Source of the DNA: Coniocarpon cinnabarinum
Lineage: Eukaryota
Length of the DNA: 64,000 nucleotides
Direction: 5' to 3'
Assembly: GCA_051942205.1 (NCBI GenBank)
Contig: JAVECO010000013.1
Coordinates: 1 to 64,000 of the forward strand
In this document: in pieces, positions 36,010 to 49,400 of the stretch
Layout of the letters: each line of letters opens with the position of its first letter
How positions within the stretch are numbered: the first letter of the stretch is position 1
Notes under the pieces: model-generated
What the model was told of the DNA's origin: nothing
Database searches by the model: none
The model's input: only the letters and a program-made list of their open reading frames with translations
Made by a program: the position numbers and the translations under genes

Positions 36010-37162
36010 TGTGGTTTGACCGGCTGACAATGAACGCGAGAACTGCGAACAAGTGAGCCGAATTTGATCGTTGTCCAGCGGACATTCAAACCTACCAATA
36101 ACGACAAGTTCATGCCTAGGTGAGGGACTGCGAACGTGATGCGGTTGATACAGTTGCTGGACAGGGAGGTCATGCGAGATGTTGATGTTTCTAAGTGAAC
36201 CACGGTGTAAGTGATGGTAGTAGGAAGCTATGGGGGACCTGGGGTCGTACGTCTTTTGTATGCGTCAATTCGCGAGGCTGTGCGCATCGAGGCGAAGCGC
36301 ATGGCAAACGCTGATTCTGAGCCATGCTTGTTCCTCCTGCAAGTGATCGCTAGCCTGCAGGATACCGCGTTTGCGAGGCCAGATAGCACCAAGCGTTTGC
36401 AAGATGACGATGCATAGCCAACACCCAACGCGAATAACTTAGGAATTTTGAGAGACAATGTCTTGGGATACTTTGTTGTCGTCGCCTCATCACCCTCAAC
36501 TTGGCCTGTGCAATCACTGCACATCTGCAAGTCTAATCTCAGAATGTGTGGTGGAAGCGAGAGTGAGGGTTCAATGTTTGTTGGCTCTTTCAAACGCTCT
36601 GCATGGCAGCACTGCCTTTTTACGTAAATCAAGATAGGCCGTTCAAGGCTGAGCGGCGCCGCTTTCGCAGCAGCAGCTTAACTCACTCGCGTTTAGAGAC
36701 ATACTATTCGCAGCATTCCATAGCCACAGGCGATGATCTCAGTCATATGCAAGCCCTTCCTCCACAATGCAACGTCTGAGAAAGTCGGTGAACAAACAAG
36801 ACTACTTTGAGTAAACACCTAGAAGCAGATCGCTTAGGTCAGAAGCCTCAGATACTTCTTACGACTCGTGGATCCAGCACTGGAAGCTCACAAGCAACTT
36901 GATGAAATGGGCGCGAGAACGAGATCTGCAATGAAGTACTACGGTAAGTCTTGCTGACGGTCAAAAGACCAGAGAGGGTGCTCAAGAGCCATAATGACCG
37001 AATGACAGAGGAATACCTTGACCAAGACCATGCTAATATGGTTTTTGATACTCTCAACTTTTAAGTGATACGATAACACCGGAGCCTGCAAGCTATACGG
37101 AGTAGTGAATGGTCTAATTTTCTGCAGCTAGAGTGCGGAGACTGAGTAAGAGTTTAGAGTGT

Positions 37163-38883
37163 TTACCGTCGTCTGATAGACGATGACAGGCCGCGTAGTC
37201 TTGACTTTACTGACTCGATCTCCTCGTCCGTCTTGCAGACAGTGAAGCGAAGGTGCGTGTGAGTATCCGGGGCCGATGGATCCAGATAGAAACCTGCCGC
37301 CTGTTAATCTTCATCTTACAGTTTGGTAGCTTACGTACCGCTCCCAGGAATAGTGATAATGCCGAATTCTTGCATCAGGTACCAACAGACCTGGTAGTCG
37401 TGTGGCTTGCCTCGTACTTCATCCATCTGAGTAACCCTGGTGGGCACTTCGACGGTACTGACGTCTACAAACAAGAAGAATGCCGCATCCGGTCTCACAT
37501 ACTGAGAGCGCAGTGTGAGCTATTATCTTATGATCAATGTACGACCAGAAAATGAGAACTTACAGGCAAGCCGATTTCGTCTAGAACCTCACAGAAGCTT
37601 TCCACTTTCCGCCTCAACATCACTGTGTTCTTCTCCCAGAAACCCGAGGCTTTTGCATGCTCATACGCGTGTGCTGCAGCTTCTTGGACTGGCCCGGCAG
37701 TGACATAAGTTTGGAACAGGTGTGCTACTTGAACCGGTCCCATGAGGGCTGTTGGACCAATGACGAAACCCAAGCGCCAACCAGTTGCATTGAAGGCCTT
37801 GCCGACAGAAAGCACAGTGAAAGTGATGTTGGCAAGGTCAACGTTTATCGATGCGATACGTGGGAAGCTTGACGTGTAAGTGACCCTTTCATATACCTCG
37901 TCAGATATGATAAACACGTTATGCTTCGCGCACACTCTGCCGACGTCTCGCAATTCACTCTCCGAGAAAACTTTACCGAGAGGGTTGTGGCTAAGTGGAT
38001 CCGGGTATTAGCAAACATTTGCTGCGCTGCGTGAAAAGCGATATAACTTACGGTGTGTTAAGCATCTGCTCGGAAGAGACAAGGAATCAGTGTTTGATGC
38101 CGTTGAACTTGCTAAAACACTTACTAAGAACTTCGTCTTCGGCGTGATGCTATTCTCAATGTCCGTTGGATCGATCTTCCAATCGCTTGCCGCAACAGTT
38201 TCGCCAAGTCGAGGTGGCTTTAGTGAAACCGGCTTTGGGATGCCACCAACCCATTGGATCAAATACAAGTACCTACCAAATTTGTGAGCGTCGCTGTCAA
38301 GCAGTGAGTAATATTGCTATTCTTACAAGTTGAAGCTGGGCTCCATGATGATTACCTCGTCGCCCACCTCCAGATACCCCAGCAGCACACTCAATATCCC
38401 TTCACTCGCTCCACTGCTGACTGAGATATCGCGGTGCGCATCAAGCTCACGCCCGAAAGCTGGAGAATATTCGCGAGCTACTGCTTGCCTGAAGTTTGGG
38501 CGTCCCTGTCATTGGTTGAGCCGGGTCAGGCGAAGCAACTTACGAAGCCAACGTACGAAGAGCGGCCCATACTGGTTTATGTCGACGTGCGCGAATGCTT
38601 CCTTATGCGAGTCGATAATGAAATCAGGTGGATTGAAGTCTCTGTGCTCTTGTCAGGGATGATGTGGTGGAGATCAGCTTCACATCTAATTCACAGAAAG
38701 CCAGAGCCCATTTTGGTCAAGGGTTGTGTGGTGCAGCTCTCGCTCATTCTATCAAACCATTGCCTTGTTTGAGGTGGTCAGCATCTCGCGATAACCCTAC
38801 CGTAGGCTTAGCACCCACCACACATTATCTTCGGCGAGCTGTATGCGCTTCGCCGGCATCAAGGTTTGATTGCTTTCATTCAT
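37163..38883 (-). CDS. Class I/II PLP aminotransferase, kynurenine aminotransferase (Bna3)-like; 9 exons
   Basis: MNESNQTLMPAKRI..W, NQYGP..GRP, LNTP|HNPLGKV, ISDEVYE, PLP lysine SVGKAFNATGWRLG and LRFTVCK. All 8 introns are GT-AG and preserve frame. Confidence 0.9.
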
Positions 38884-39780
38884 CGCGACTGGATGTACTC
38901 AACCCCTTAAGCACTAACCTTGCGACGGACAGGCGGAGTCAGCAAGATTTGGCAGCCGACAATGGATGTGGAACAAGCAGAAGAAGCCCACCATGGAACT
39001 GAGCGCCAGAGACGTTTCACATGAGGCACATTCAGCCCCCGACGCTTAGATCAGTGGCGATTCAGCGGGGCAACAGTGTCACAAGTGCCGCATGCTGTAA
39101 CTTCAGGCTGAGATGAACCAAGTTCACAGAGGTTGAGCGTCGGCTACTTATCAATATCTCAAGCAGGATTGCGGCCACAGAAGTTACTCGTCGCACAAAT
39201 TCCAGGCACCGGCGACAAGCACCATATAGAGCTTCAAAATTCCTCGCTCTGTCTCGACCACCGGCATTGGTCCAAGTACAGAACTTGGCCCGATGGTAGC
39301 TGGCTCCTGATAGATCGGATGCTTCATTTCGATGCCAGGGCGGGATGCAAAGCCTGACTGAGATCCAATATGACCCAGTCTTGTGCATTCCTCGCAGCGC
39401 GGCCCGCTACATGAAGAGCGGGTGCCGGATGAATTTCCTTTCGGCGAAATGCATCGTCGTTGCTTGCAGCGATTGCCTTTTCTTATGGGATAAAGGTGAT
39501 GACCGTATAGGAAAAGGAGCATCAGTATTCCAACAGCATTCTCGTTTAGATTTCACATTCTCGATACGCCATTCATCTTATCCCTTACTGTCAGAATGCG
39601 TGCTAATATGAACGGTGAATAATACGCGCTACTTTCGCGTTATGATGCGCTTCACATGCCATCACGTGGTGCCAAGGATTGACATAGAATTTTACCGAGG
39701 GCTGGGCGACCTTCTCTCCGTTGTTGCTGCAGATACGAGCCTTTCATTGCTACCTGTAGACATTCACCGGCGTTGGCGAA

Positions 39781-40692
39781 ATGTCGGCAAGCGCCTCGTC
39801 AACACCTACTCCCAAACCCCCAACCTCTCCCTCCCTCTCCGTCCTCTCCGCGCACCTCAACACCACCGACGAAACCCTCGCGCACGCCCGCCGCATCCTT
39901 GCGACTACCTCCGGCGTCGATGCTACTCTCCTCCTCACCGGTTATGGCTCGCAATTCTTCGCATCGCTCCTCACGCGTCTCATTAACTTGCGGATTTCCG
40001 TCGCGGCCGAGCGCTCCGCCAAGTCTACCGCTTCTGTCGCAGCGCGGACGTTGAAAACAGGCGAGGTGCTACTCGCGACATTTGCGCTTCCAGGTGCGCG
40101 CATGGAAGCTATACGAGACGGGTTGAAGACTTTGGCAAGCAGTTGTAGCGATATAAGAGCTTTTATGCGCTTGTGGAGCTTGCTTGGGATTTGGGCGTGG
40201 GGACGGCGACTCGTGGGCGGAGAGGCGCCAAAGGATGGAGTCTTAAGGGTGTGCGCGTACGCGCAGTGCATCGCGAACCTGATGTACCTCCTCTACGAGC
40301 ATCCTATCTATCTGACAGGCAAGGGGATACTCAAGAGTCCAAGCATGACGCCGCAACGGATGAAGGGTCAATTCGTAACAGCCGCGCGATGGTTTGCAGT
40401 GCATGTGGTGTTCGAGTTCATCAGGCTGTACCGGACGTACTCGCTTCGGCGGGTGGAAGAAGAGTTGACGCGGGGCAAGCCGACGACGACGCAGATGATT
40501 GAGCAAGAGCAACGAAAACATGAAGATGAGGACAGAGCGTGGTGGAAGAATTTGGGTGTGTACGCGGCGTATGCGCCGTTGGCGGCACACTGGTCTGTAG
40601 AGGGCGGTTTCCTGGGTGAGGGCACGGTGGGCTTTTTGGGGATGTGTGCTGGTATACTCGGAGTACGGGAATGTTGGAGGCAGACGGCTTAA
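39781..40692 (+). CDS. PEX11C: Peroxin 11C-like protein
   Basis: TTSGVDATLL, SDIRAFMRLWSLLG, YLTGKGIL, RWFAVHVVFEFIRL and YAPLAAHWSVEGG. Confidence 0.8.
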   Translation: MSASASSTPTPKPPTSPSLSVLSAHLNTTDETLAHARRILATTSGVDATLLLTGYGSQFFASLLTRLINLRISVAAERSAKSTASVAARTLKTGEVLLATFALPGARMEAIRDGLKTLASSCSDIRAFMRLWSLLGIWAWGRRLVGGEAPKDGVLRVCAYAQCIANLMYLLYEHPIYLTGKGILKSPSMTPQRMKGQFVTAARWFAVHVVFEFIRLYRTYSLRRVEEELTRGKPTTTQMIEQEQRKHEDEDRAWWKNLGVYAAYAPLAAHWSVEGGFLGEGTVGFLGMCAGILGVRECWRQTA

Positions 40693-41710
40693 ATGGACTT
40701 AGTATATCTTGCGATGACTTTCATGATATGTATAGGGTGACGATATTGTTACAGCCCGGCAGTACGATTGGTGTTGGAGCGGTAACGTGAATGCTTTGGT
40801 CGCCAGCCTACAGTCTATCGGTGTTCTGAATAGCAATTCGCGTTATGAGTGGTCATTGGGAAACAATGCGGAGGTCCAGATTTACTCGCAGAGCGATGCC
40901 ATCTACGAAGCCTTCGTGCTATCCTTGTTACGCGTGCCGATCCAGCATAACATGGTGAGTAATAGGCCCTTGAATTTTTCCAAGCAAGCTCTGATGGACT
41001 TGTGGAGATATTTGCATGCGATCGTTCGTGAAAGGCGGAGTGCGCTGTTTAAAAAAGCCGAGGAAGGGCTTTGAGCACTTCTACCGTGCAAAGGTCGAAG
41101 CCTACCGACTCCTATTTTTGAAATTAAACGGAGGGCTCTCTGCTGTTTTTGATAATATGCTATGAGGAATCTAATGCGGTTTCCCGAGCGAAGATGGTAA
41201 GTAAAATTACTATTTGTTTGGTGGGCGCTTCAGTGGTATTTTTCGCCTTTTCGGCCGAGGCTTGTCAATCGGCCGGCAGACACTACATCCACAATCCGCC
41301 CTTCCGAAGATGCTACGAAGGTCCTGCCCATGTCCACGGAGCGGCTCATCAATCAGGTCGCCTACCAGCCGGCGCTAGGCGAAGCGACGCTTGTCTATTC
41401 GCCTACATTCTGCTAGGCTATACATCGCAGGTGAGGTGGCTGTGAATATCTGCAGGTTTGAGCCGTGGGAAGCGGCCACATTGGGTGGTATAAACCTTTC
41501 GTCTAGCAGCCCGTGCAGCCTTTCTCTTGGGCTGCATCGCACCTGAAACGGCGACTCAAGGATAGGCATCACTATATCTATGAAATAAGAAAGAGTGTAA
41601 AGGTATCCTATCTGTCCAAATACATGAATAAGAAGTGAGCATACTCGTGATTGATCGGTTTCCTTTCGTTGTTTTCTGATTTTCCCTTTTCTCGACTCAC
41701 CCGCTGAAGC

Positions 41711-43425
41711 ATGGCATATTCACCTTTAGATTCTGACGACGATCGTTATGGAGCGGAGCTTCACGCCGTGTCCAAACCAGGTCCTCACTAGATTTCCTCA
41801 CAAACTGCATGCTCAACTTTGAAACAGCCTCCGTCCCAAACGAAGTTACGTTGACTTCTGAGACTCATGGACTTGGTGAGGCAAAACGCAAGTCTTACAT
41901 CGATTATGTGGATCTGCTTGCTGTCAGCGTCGCGATCATTGCCTTCATTGTGGTCGTCATATCCATAGGCCCTGGCTCCAAAGTCGCGTGGCACCTCCAG
42001 TACAATGGACAAATCATCGTATTCGGCTTTCTACTCAGTATACAGGCCCTGTGCCTTCGACGGCTGACTCCTATCATCTTGGCTTCCCTCGAGGCTAAGT
42101 ACGGCGGCTCGGCTTTGCAGAACTATGATGCCATCCTGCGCAGTGATGTGTGGAAGCCACATACGAGCCTCAGCTGGCGTATCACCATTCTCCTCTCCCT
42201 CTTTCTACCCATTACACTCTCAGTAATTTACGATGCGGACAATGTCGAGGCGGTGAGAATCAGCAAGAGCGGCAGACAGACTCTGGAGAGTTTGCTATCG
42301 ATGCGCCACCCAACGTAGGGGCCTTGTCGGGCGTAGGTCTGAAATACGTGGTGAATGCGAGCATCCCATTCATTGCAGCCACCGGCAATGACAGTATACA
42401 ACCAGACTATGAGGCGTTACCTCAAGCCTACGGCTTTAACACACTCTTTCTCTCCAACATATCTATAGCCGTGCTGGATATCCCAGCCTTTCTGCGCGTC
42501 ATAGCCATTCAACAGAGTCTCTCCGGAGATGATCAAGTCCAATTAGAAGCCACTTTCAACGCTACGGTGGCATATTATAACCATTCAGTGGATGCCAATC
42601 GCAACCGCGACGAGTTTTGGCGTAATTTCAACACGTCGGACACGCAAATACAGCCACTTCATGACGGCTACGATGTCGGATACATGGCCAACGAGCTTGC
42701 CACATACGACAACTCCTGGTGCTTCGTCGGCCTAATACCAAGCAACACAAGCAACACCACGGCATCAATGATGGATGAGTCGTTGTACTTCAACCTGAAG
42801 CGAGAATATTGCAACGCCACCTAGACTATTACACCGCAAACATTCGAGCTTCCCGGGGTCCTGTTACAGTGACGGGCAATTTGGACGACCAGACGGTGAA
42901 CCTTTTCCTCCACAAGATCTCCTCACGAACAAAGAGCTCACACCTGGACATTTCTTCATGCCTGTCATGGGCGAATATCTCGATTCTTTCAAAAGCTCGT
43001 CGGTCTGGGATAATGATCCCGCTGTTCGTCCTCACTCTCCATGGCGTGTTCCCGTCTTCACGGCGACGGTCGCTTATGTTCACTGGGCACGCATGGTTGC
43101 GCTCCGGGGCGTCAGCGATTTGTATAGTCCTGGTCAGAAGCTGTACGTCATCCATAGTGTGATGCATTCGAAAGCAAGTCTCTACATTGTGCTCGCGCTA
43201 CAGCCGATATTGTGTCTAGTTCTATTTTTAGCCGGGTTGCTAGTGCACGATTTGCCCATCGATCGGAGTTTTGGCATGATCGCCATCATGGCCGGTATAG
43301 ACCGTCGAAGTTTGGACAATCTAAATGGAGCCAGCCTGAGTGGACGGTTGAAGAAAAGCGTCAGATTGGATATGAGGTGGAACGAGTCCACCAGGGAGAC
43401 TGTGCGCTATACAGTAAACACTTGA
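41711..43425 (+). pseudogene. Decayed membrane glycoprotein gene
   Basis: Protein-like TM and N-glycosylation-rich segments are spread over several frames. In-frame TAG at 41789-41791 and 42822-42824. Frameshifts near 41815, 42230-42290 and 42850. Confidence 0.7.
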
Positions 43426-44022
43426 CGGCCACATCCCCTGGACCATCACCACCCTGCTTCGAGGTCAGACCCTTGCTTCGCCAAACCTGGTTGATATTAA
43501 TGGTGTTCCGCGAACCCCCACTGCTTAGATTCAGGCAGTATGGCTTTGATGCTCGTCCTGTTCTCAAGCAAAGCACCTGCCTTCTAAGCTACATCTCGGA
43601 AGGGTCAAGCGGAGTAGAACTTACGATGGCGTACGAATGCAGCAGGCCTGTTGGCATCCTCGAGGTGTGGATACCACCAGCTAGAAGCTTGGAACAATTG
43701 TCCAAAGACTGTCACTCACCATTGATCACGGCGCCGCAGCTATGATGCTCCAGCCTGTGCGCATGTTTGAAGTCTGCCAGCCACTCGTTCGTAGCCAGAC
43801 GTGCCGGCACGAGACGTTATGCCGTACGTCAACATGCCTAAGCCGGTCCTTCCAAAGAAAAGATGGGACAAACATGCCTCGAGAAAAGTCCTCTAGTCGC
43901 ATGTTCCTCTTTAATCCTGGACGGCCGTCTCGATTTCATTGCGCTTCATATCCATGCAGTCGCAGATTCGCTGCTCATGTCCCACAAGACGAGCATTTGT
44001 GTTTCCAAAACGTTCTCGACCC

Positions 44023-45000
44023 TCACGAGCTCCTTGTCGCGAAGGTTGGGTTGCCTTCTCCTGCGATCCTTTTGTGCTTGGAGGTAGCATGGTGCCGCGT
44101 CCAAGTAAGATGCCTCTTGAAACGTCGATTGCAGATCGAACACACAAATGGAAACTCTTTATCAGCGACTTCAGGACTGCTCGAAGTGAGTCGACGATGT
44201 TGCAGGGACTTAAGATGTCTCTCGTAGTCACTAGTACACTTGAAAGCTAGGCTGCATGTCTCACATTTAAAAGGTCTGGGCTCCCCGGCCATTAGTCCAT
44301 GCGCTTTAGATTTCAGATGAGACTGCAGTCGACTCTCAGACTCAAATTGCAAGTCACATAGTTCACAGTAAAGCCTTCGGCGTGTCTCTGGATCTTGTGC
44401 CTTTCGCAGGTGCGCTCTCGTCTCGCAATGTCTAATCAGGGTAGTGCTCCTCGCAAAGCCTACATCGCACGGCTCACATCTGTATTTCATTGGTTGAACT
44501 TCCGGTCCCCCTATCCTCTTAGAATGCCTGTTGCTTTTTAAATGGTCCCGGAGGGTTCTCTTATTCAGGAAATCTTGGTTGCAAACATCGCACCTGTATG
44601 GATTGCGAGGTTCTTCCGCATCTGTAGGGTCACAGGGTACCGTGGGCTGTTGGCTCTGGGGTTGATTCTGAGGTTGATTCCGGGGCTGGTTCTGAGGCTG
44701 ACTCTGGGGCTGGTCTTGGGGCTGGTCCTGGGACTCGCCCCGGGGTTGGTCCTGGAGTTGATCCCGGGGTTGACCTCGCGGACTATCCTGAGGTTGATCC
44801 TAAGGTTGATCCTGAGGTTGATGCGAACGAAGACTTTCTCTATAAGGGCTTAGCAGGAACTCGAAATAGAACAAGAAAATTCTTGTACCCACACTACGCC
44901 TCGTACTATTCGCGTTGAAGCACGTACTACTTTAGAAGTCCCTTCCAACCCCAACCCGTACCGAGATGGACTTCCTTTCTCTTTCGCCATGGAATGCACC
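44023..45000 (-). pseudogene. Five-finger C2H2 (CxxC-x12-H-x5-H, matrin/JAZ-like) protein gene with nonsense mutations
   Basis: Fingers CDVC..HLKSNRH, CEPC..HCETRAH, CELC..HLKSKAH, CETC..HLKSLQH and CSIC..HHATSKH. TAG at 44802-44800 in the QPQD repeat. Three in-frame TAGs in the predicted upstream exon (intron 44888-44840). Confidence 0.75.
44653..44820 (-). repeat. 12-bp minisatellite x14 encoding QPQD-like units
   Basis: CAACCTCAGGAT-like units read QPQD/QPRD/QPQN on the minus strand. Confidence 0.9.
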
Positions 45001-46470
45001 TCGACCTCGATAAAGTAATGATGCTTAAAGGTGGATGCGCATATCACTGAGACCAATTTGCTAGGATCACCAAGAAGCATATACACTCGAGCCGCTAAAA
45101 TTACACAAGAGTATATTTATATAGTGCTTGCGTGATGCATCTGTTGTCAGATCAAATATCAGCCAAGTTAGGACATTTTCAAAGGTCATAACACGTATGC
45201 AGTCGCATTGACGCAAGACTAGCTAAATTCCGAATTAGACGAATCGCAAATAATTACCGATTACCGGTATCTTACTGCCTGCCATTTGGCACTTAGAGTA
45301 AGCGACTCACCATTCCTGCCATTACGCGAAACTGGAACACGGTCAAGGCACCACGTACAGATTGGACGAAGATCTGCCAGATCGTGGCAGAGGAGACGGG
45401 TTACATTGGCCCAAGCAACAAATGTGTGATCCCTGCCGAAGGTGTCAGTGCCCGGCTTTCGACACTTTCAACCCCGACGAATGCTTTTGATACCTCAAAA
45501 GAGTCATTGCGAGCACACAATCCTGTCGAAATAATCGCCAGAGTAAGTGACTAGGACTCTAATCTTTTGGCACGTTTTCGAATCGCAAAGACAATTTGAG
45601 CCGTGAGAACGTCGCAAAAGAAGAAGCGCGTCCTCGAATGAGCTGAGTACAAGATGAAGTGCAGAGCCTGTCATTCAGGTTCTGAGCAGAGAATGTTGAA
45701 GCTGAACTTTCGGTCGCGATAGAAACGCACAAAAAGTGCAACAGGAGAAGTTGCTACCCACAAGCTAAATTACTGTGCAATGCAACGAGCACAACTGCCA
45801 GGGCGACTGAGAAGCGCACTCGCTCTCATTGCAAGAAGTCTATGCTCTTGACGCCGTATTAAGCGCAGATGCAGGCTGCTCAGCTCGTTGTCCGAGACTC
45901 CAACAAAAGGACAGGGTTTTTGGACTTCTTGGATGGCGATTTTAGTTCCACCTTATTTCAGAGCTATGTTACGTTTGTTATTGTGCTGGATCCTGGGAAG
46001 ATAGCAAAGTTGCTCGCAACCGAGATCATGCAACTTACTCTTGACCTATTGCATGCCTGAGCCGAGTTGTCTCGATGCGTGGAATCGTCAGTCGCGTTGA
46101 GAGAAGCGATACTGCAGCGCGGAGCGGCTTCAGAGCACATACCGAGAGAACAATATTGTGTTTCAAAACGGAAACGTGTGTTCGCCATCTTTTCATCATA
46201 TCAGGTGTTTGAAATGATCGAGGCGCGTAGGCTCTCCTCTCCCTGTCGAACAACAGAGCACTTCCAGCACATCTCTCAATATCAAAACAGCAACTTTGTG
46301 ATTGTTCAAGGATCTGTGAGAAGATCCTGACCATGTTCCCTGTCTATATGCTGCACTAATGATATATCATGACCCACTTCGTCATAGTCTTGTAGGTTTA
46401 TGCACCTCACCGACTCTCCACTCCGATCCACTTCCCCAACCTCATCTCAGCCCAGCTAACTCGAAGAAGA

Positions 46471-49400
46471 TCAACTCAACAACTCCCTGATATCCTCAAT
46501 CCTTTGAGTTTTCCTCTCCTCCTCAGTCATCATCCCCAAAGAAGACGCCAAAAACTTCTTCCTCTCCTGAATGCGTAACATCTTCTCCTCGATACTCCCT
46601 CCAACCACAAACCTTACCACTTCAACAGCGAACTCCTGTCCCATCCGGTGAACCCGATCAATAGCCTGCGCTTCCACCGCCCAGCTCCACCACGGATCCA
46701 TCATAAAGACGCGGTTCGCGGCTGTGAGATTCAATCCGACGCCACCGGCTCGAAGAGAGAGAAGGAGAACAGGACTCCCGCGCTTGTTGCGCATTGCAGG
46801 GTTGTTTCGAGAAGAGGTGGAATCGGAAAAGGATTGCAGCACTGCGGCGCGCTGTTTTTGGGCCATGGTGCCGTCGAAGCGCAAAAATGGGATCCGAGCG
46901 CGATTGAGCTCGGGTTCGAGAAGATCGAGGAAGGATGTGAATTGGCTGAAGATCACGCTTTTCGTTTGGGGTGATTCCTTGGATATGCGCATAAGGTGCG
47001 TGAGTAGTGCCGCGACTTTGGCGCTAGTGGCGTGTGTGCCTACTCTTCTGAGGGAAATACGGGGTGATTGCGTCGAGGACTCAAGGTCTGTCGTCGGTGG
47101 CGGAGTTTCATCGTCGTTCTTGACAACTTCAAAAACGTCGCGGATATTGACAGCTTCACGACAATTGAAACAGCGAGGTAATTCGCCTTTGTCTTTTTGA
47201 TGGTTGATGTAGTCAACCAAACATTGTTTACAAGCGCTATGCCAGCAGCCAGTTACGGATTGATTTTCCATTGGTTCGTTGAAACATAGAGGACATTCGT
47301 TCTCGGCTTCGTCCTGGATGGATTTCAGAGCGTGGGCGCCAAAGCGGTTCGCGTCTTGTGTGCCTTCTGCAGCGTCAGCGGTGAAGCGTTCGATCAGGCT
47401 TTGAAGATCCATGTCATCTGCGAGGCCGTTGGCTTCGTCTGCGGCATTAGCGGCGTCTTCCTCGTCGGCGACAATGCTTTTGTTTCTGGTCAAGACTGGA
47501 TGGCAGCAGGATTGTCGCAGTCGTAGAATTTGCGCAAAGATAGTTGTGTAAGACTTCATAAGTGTGCCTGCTTCCACGTTGTGGCTGAAGGTGCGTTTCG
47601 CGCGGTTGTAGATCAAATCGTACACGTCTCGCTCGTCTTGCGAGAGCTCGACATGTTCGACGTTGATTGTTCGAGGTGAAAGAGGCACTAACGCTTCGCC
47701 ATCCGGCGTCTTCATATCCTTTGTTCGGCGGAGGACCAGTGGCTCGAGAACAGTTTGCACGACATCAAGTGCGCGTATGTAGTCCCCACTGTCAAAAGGT
47801 GTAGTGATGAAAGTCTTCCAGAAAGAGAAGTTCGACCACGGCTCGACACGCAGGAAGTGCACTAGCGAAAACAAGTCTTCCAGACGATTCACGATCGGCG
47901 TGCCAGTGAGGACCCAGCGATGTTTGGCTGCGAGGTCGTAACATGCCTTCGCAGTCTTCGATTGTCGGTTCTTGATGTGGTGAGCCTCGTCAAGAATCAC
48001 TCGATGATATTCGATCGAAAAGATCCCACCATGCATTGAGCGACTACCACCACCAGCCGAGGCGATCTGGCTGTACTCAGATAATACAGTACCGTACGAA
48101 GTGATAATAACGTTCGGCGCTGACGCTGCGTTAGCCTCACAGCAAAGATTCTTCAGCGACATGCCCCGGTCAGATCCGTAGTACATCAGCACTTTCAAAG
48201 AGCCCTTCTTGGACGCCTTTTCGGCTTCAGATTCCCACTGAGCCAACAAAGACATAGGTGCAACGACTAATGTCGTACAAGGAGCGGGCTCAATGCCAGA
48301 GCTGCTTCGCCCTAGCCTGGGAAGCTTGGTAACTCCAGAGCTGTCCTGCTTTGATGCAGCCAAATCCACTTCTGAACGCTGTGAATGTATGAGTGAAAGC
48401 ATTTCTATTGTCTTTCCCAGACCCATTTCGTCGGCGAGGATACCACCCAGACAGTTCTGCTCTTGCACAGGAAAGTCCAGTGACATTTCGCCAGAGTAAG
48501 GATTCACATAGAAGCTGGAGACATTTTCAACTTCTTCAATGGGTTGGTCGTCAACGTCTTTCGTCGGCCAAACATATTCCTCCCACAGTGGATGCATCGA
48601 TTGTTCCCGCTCAGGGTCTTTCGTATCGGTCTCTTTCCCAAACATCCAGTGAAGTGCTTGCTTCTGATACTTGCGCAACGTCATGGCAAAGGTGTCTAGC
48701 GGCTCTCGCTCCGGCGTGTTGAAATCAAAAGTCTGTGCTTTCTTATACAAGCTATCCAGCTGATCTTGTTGGAGTTCTTCGCCTTCCTCGGCTTCTTCCG
48801 ACGGCGGCGACGAGCCTCCACTCTCAGCTTGAGTAGAGTTGGCATTCGGTGCATTTTGCTCTTTCTGTTCATCTTGCTCGGCCGCTTTCAGTAGCTCCTC
48901 TCGCTTGTGCTTCTCGGTCGCTGCATTGCTCTTGCTTGGCGTCAGATTGATCTCGTTGAAGAGCTTCACTAAGGCCAGCTGCCGCCATCTCAAATCCCGC
49001 TCGCTTTGCGTTTCTTTTGCCTCGAAGAAGCTTGTCGTCCGGTTGTCGTCCAATGGCTTCACAAGATCCTTGTTGACGAAGATGCTCGAAAGTAAGTATG
49101 CCCGTAGCTGCAAATAGATCGTGTCGTTACTCCTTACTCGATCAGGCGCGAAAACCACATGCCCGTCGAGCTCACATATCCGCTGGTCGATCAAGGCAGA
49201 CACCCAGCTTGCAGAGTCCGTTTCCAATCTGCCCACCTCTTCACCACGCTGATTCTTAAACCGAACGATGGAATCTTGTCGTCCTATCAAGTTGGGCCCT
49301 TTCGCCTTCTTCGTCACACCTGTTTTCTTGAATGACTCTGTCTTCGTTCGCTCAATCTTTACTTTCTCGCCGCTCTGAACCAAGCCTGTGCCACTTCGTG

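Noticed and set aside
28913..38883. Secondary-metabolite gene cluster (SDR, HAD, aminotransferase)
   Set aside because: No PKS, NRPS, terpene synthase, transporter or cluster regulator. The squalene-synthase-fold gene at 50 kb is NDUFAF6.
44542..44853. Plus-strand Leu/Gly-rich ORF resembling a membrane protein
   Set aside because: It is the antisense shadow of the QPQD minisatellite.
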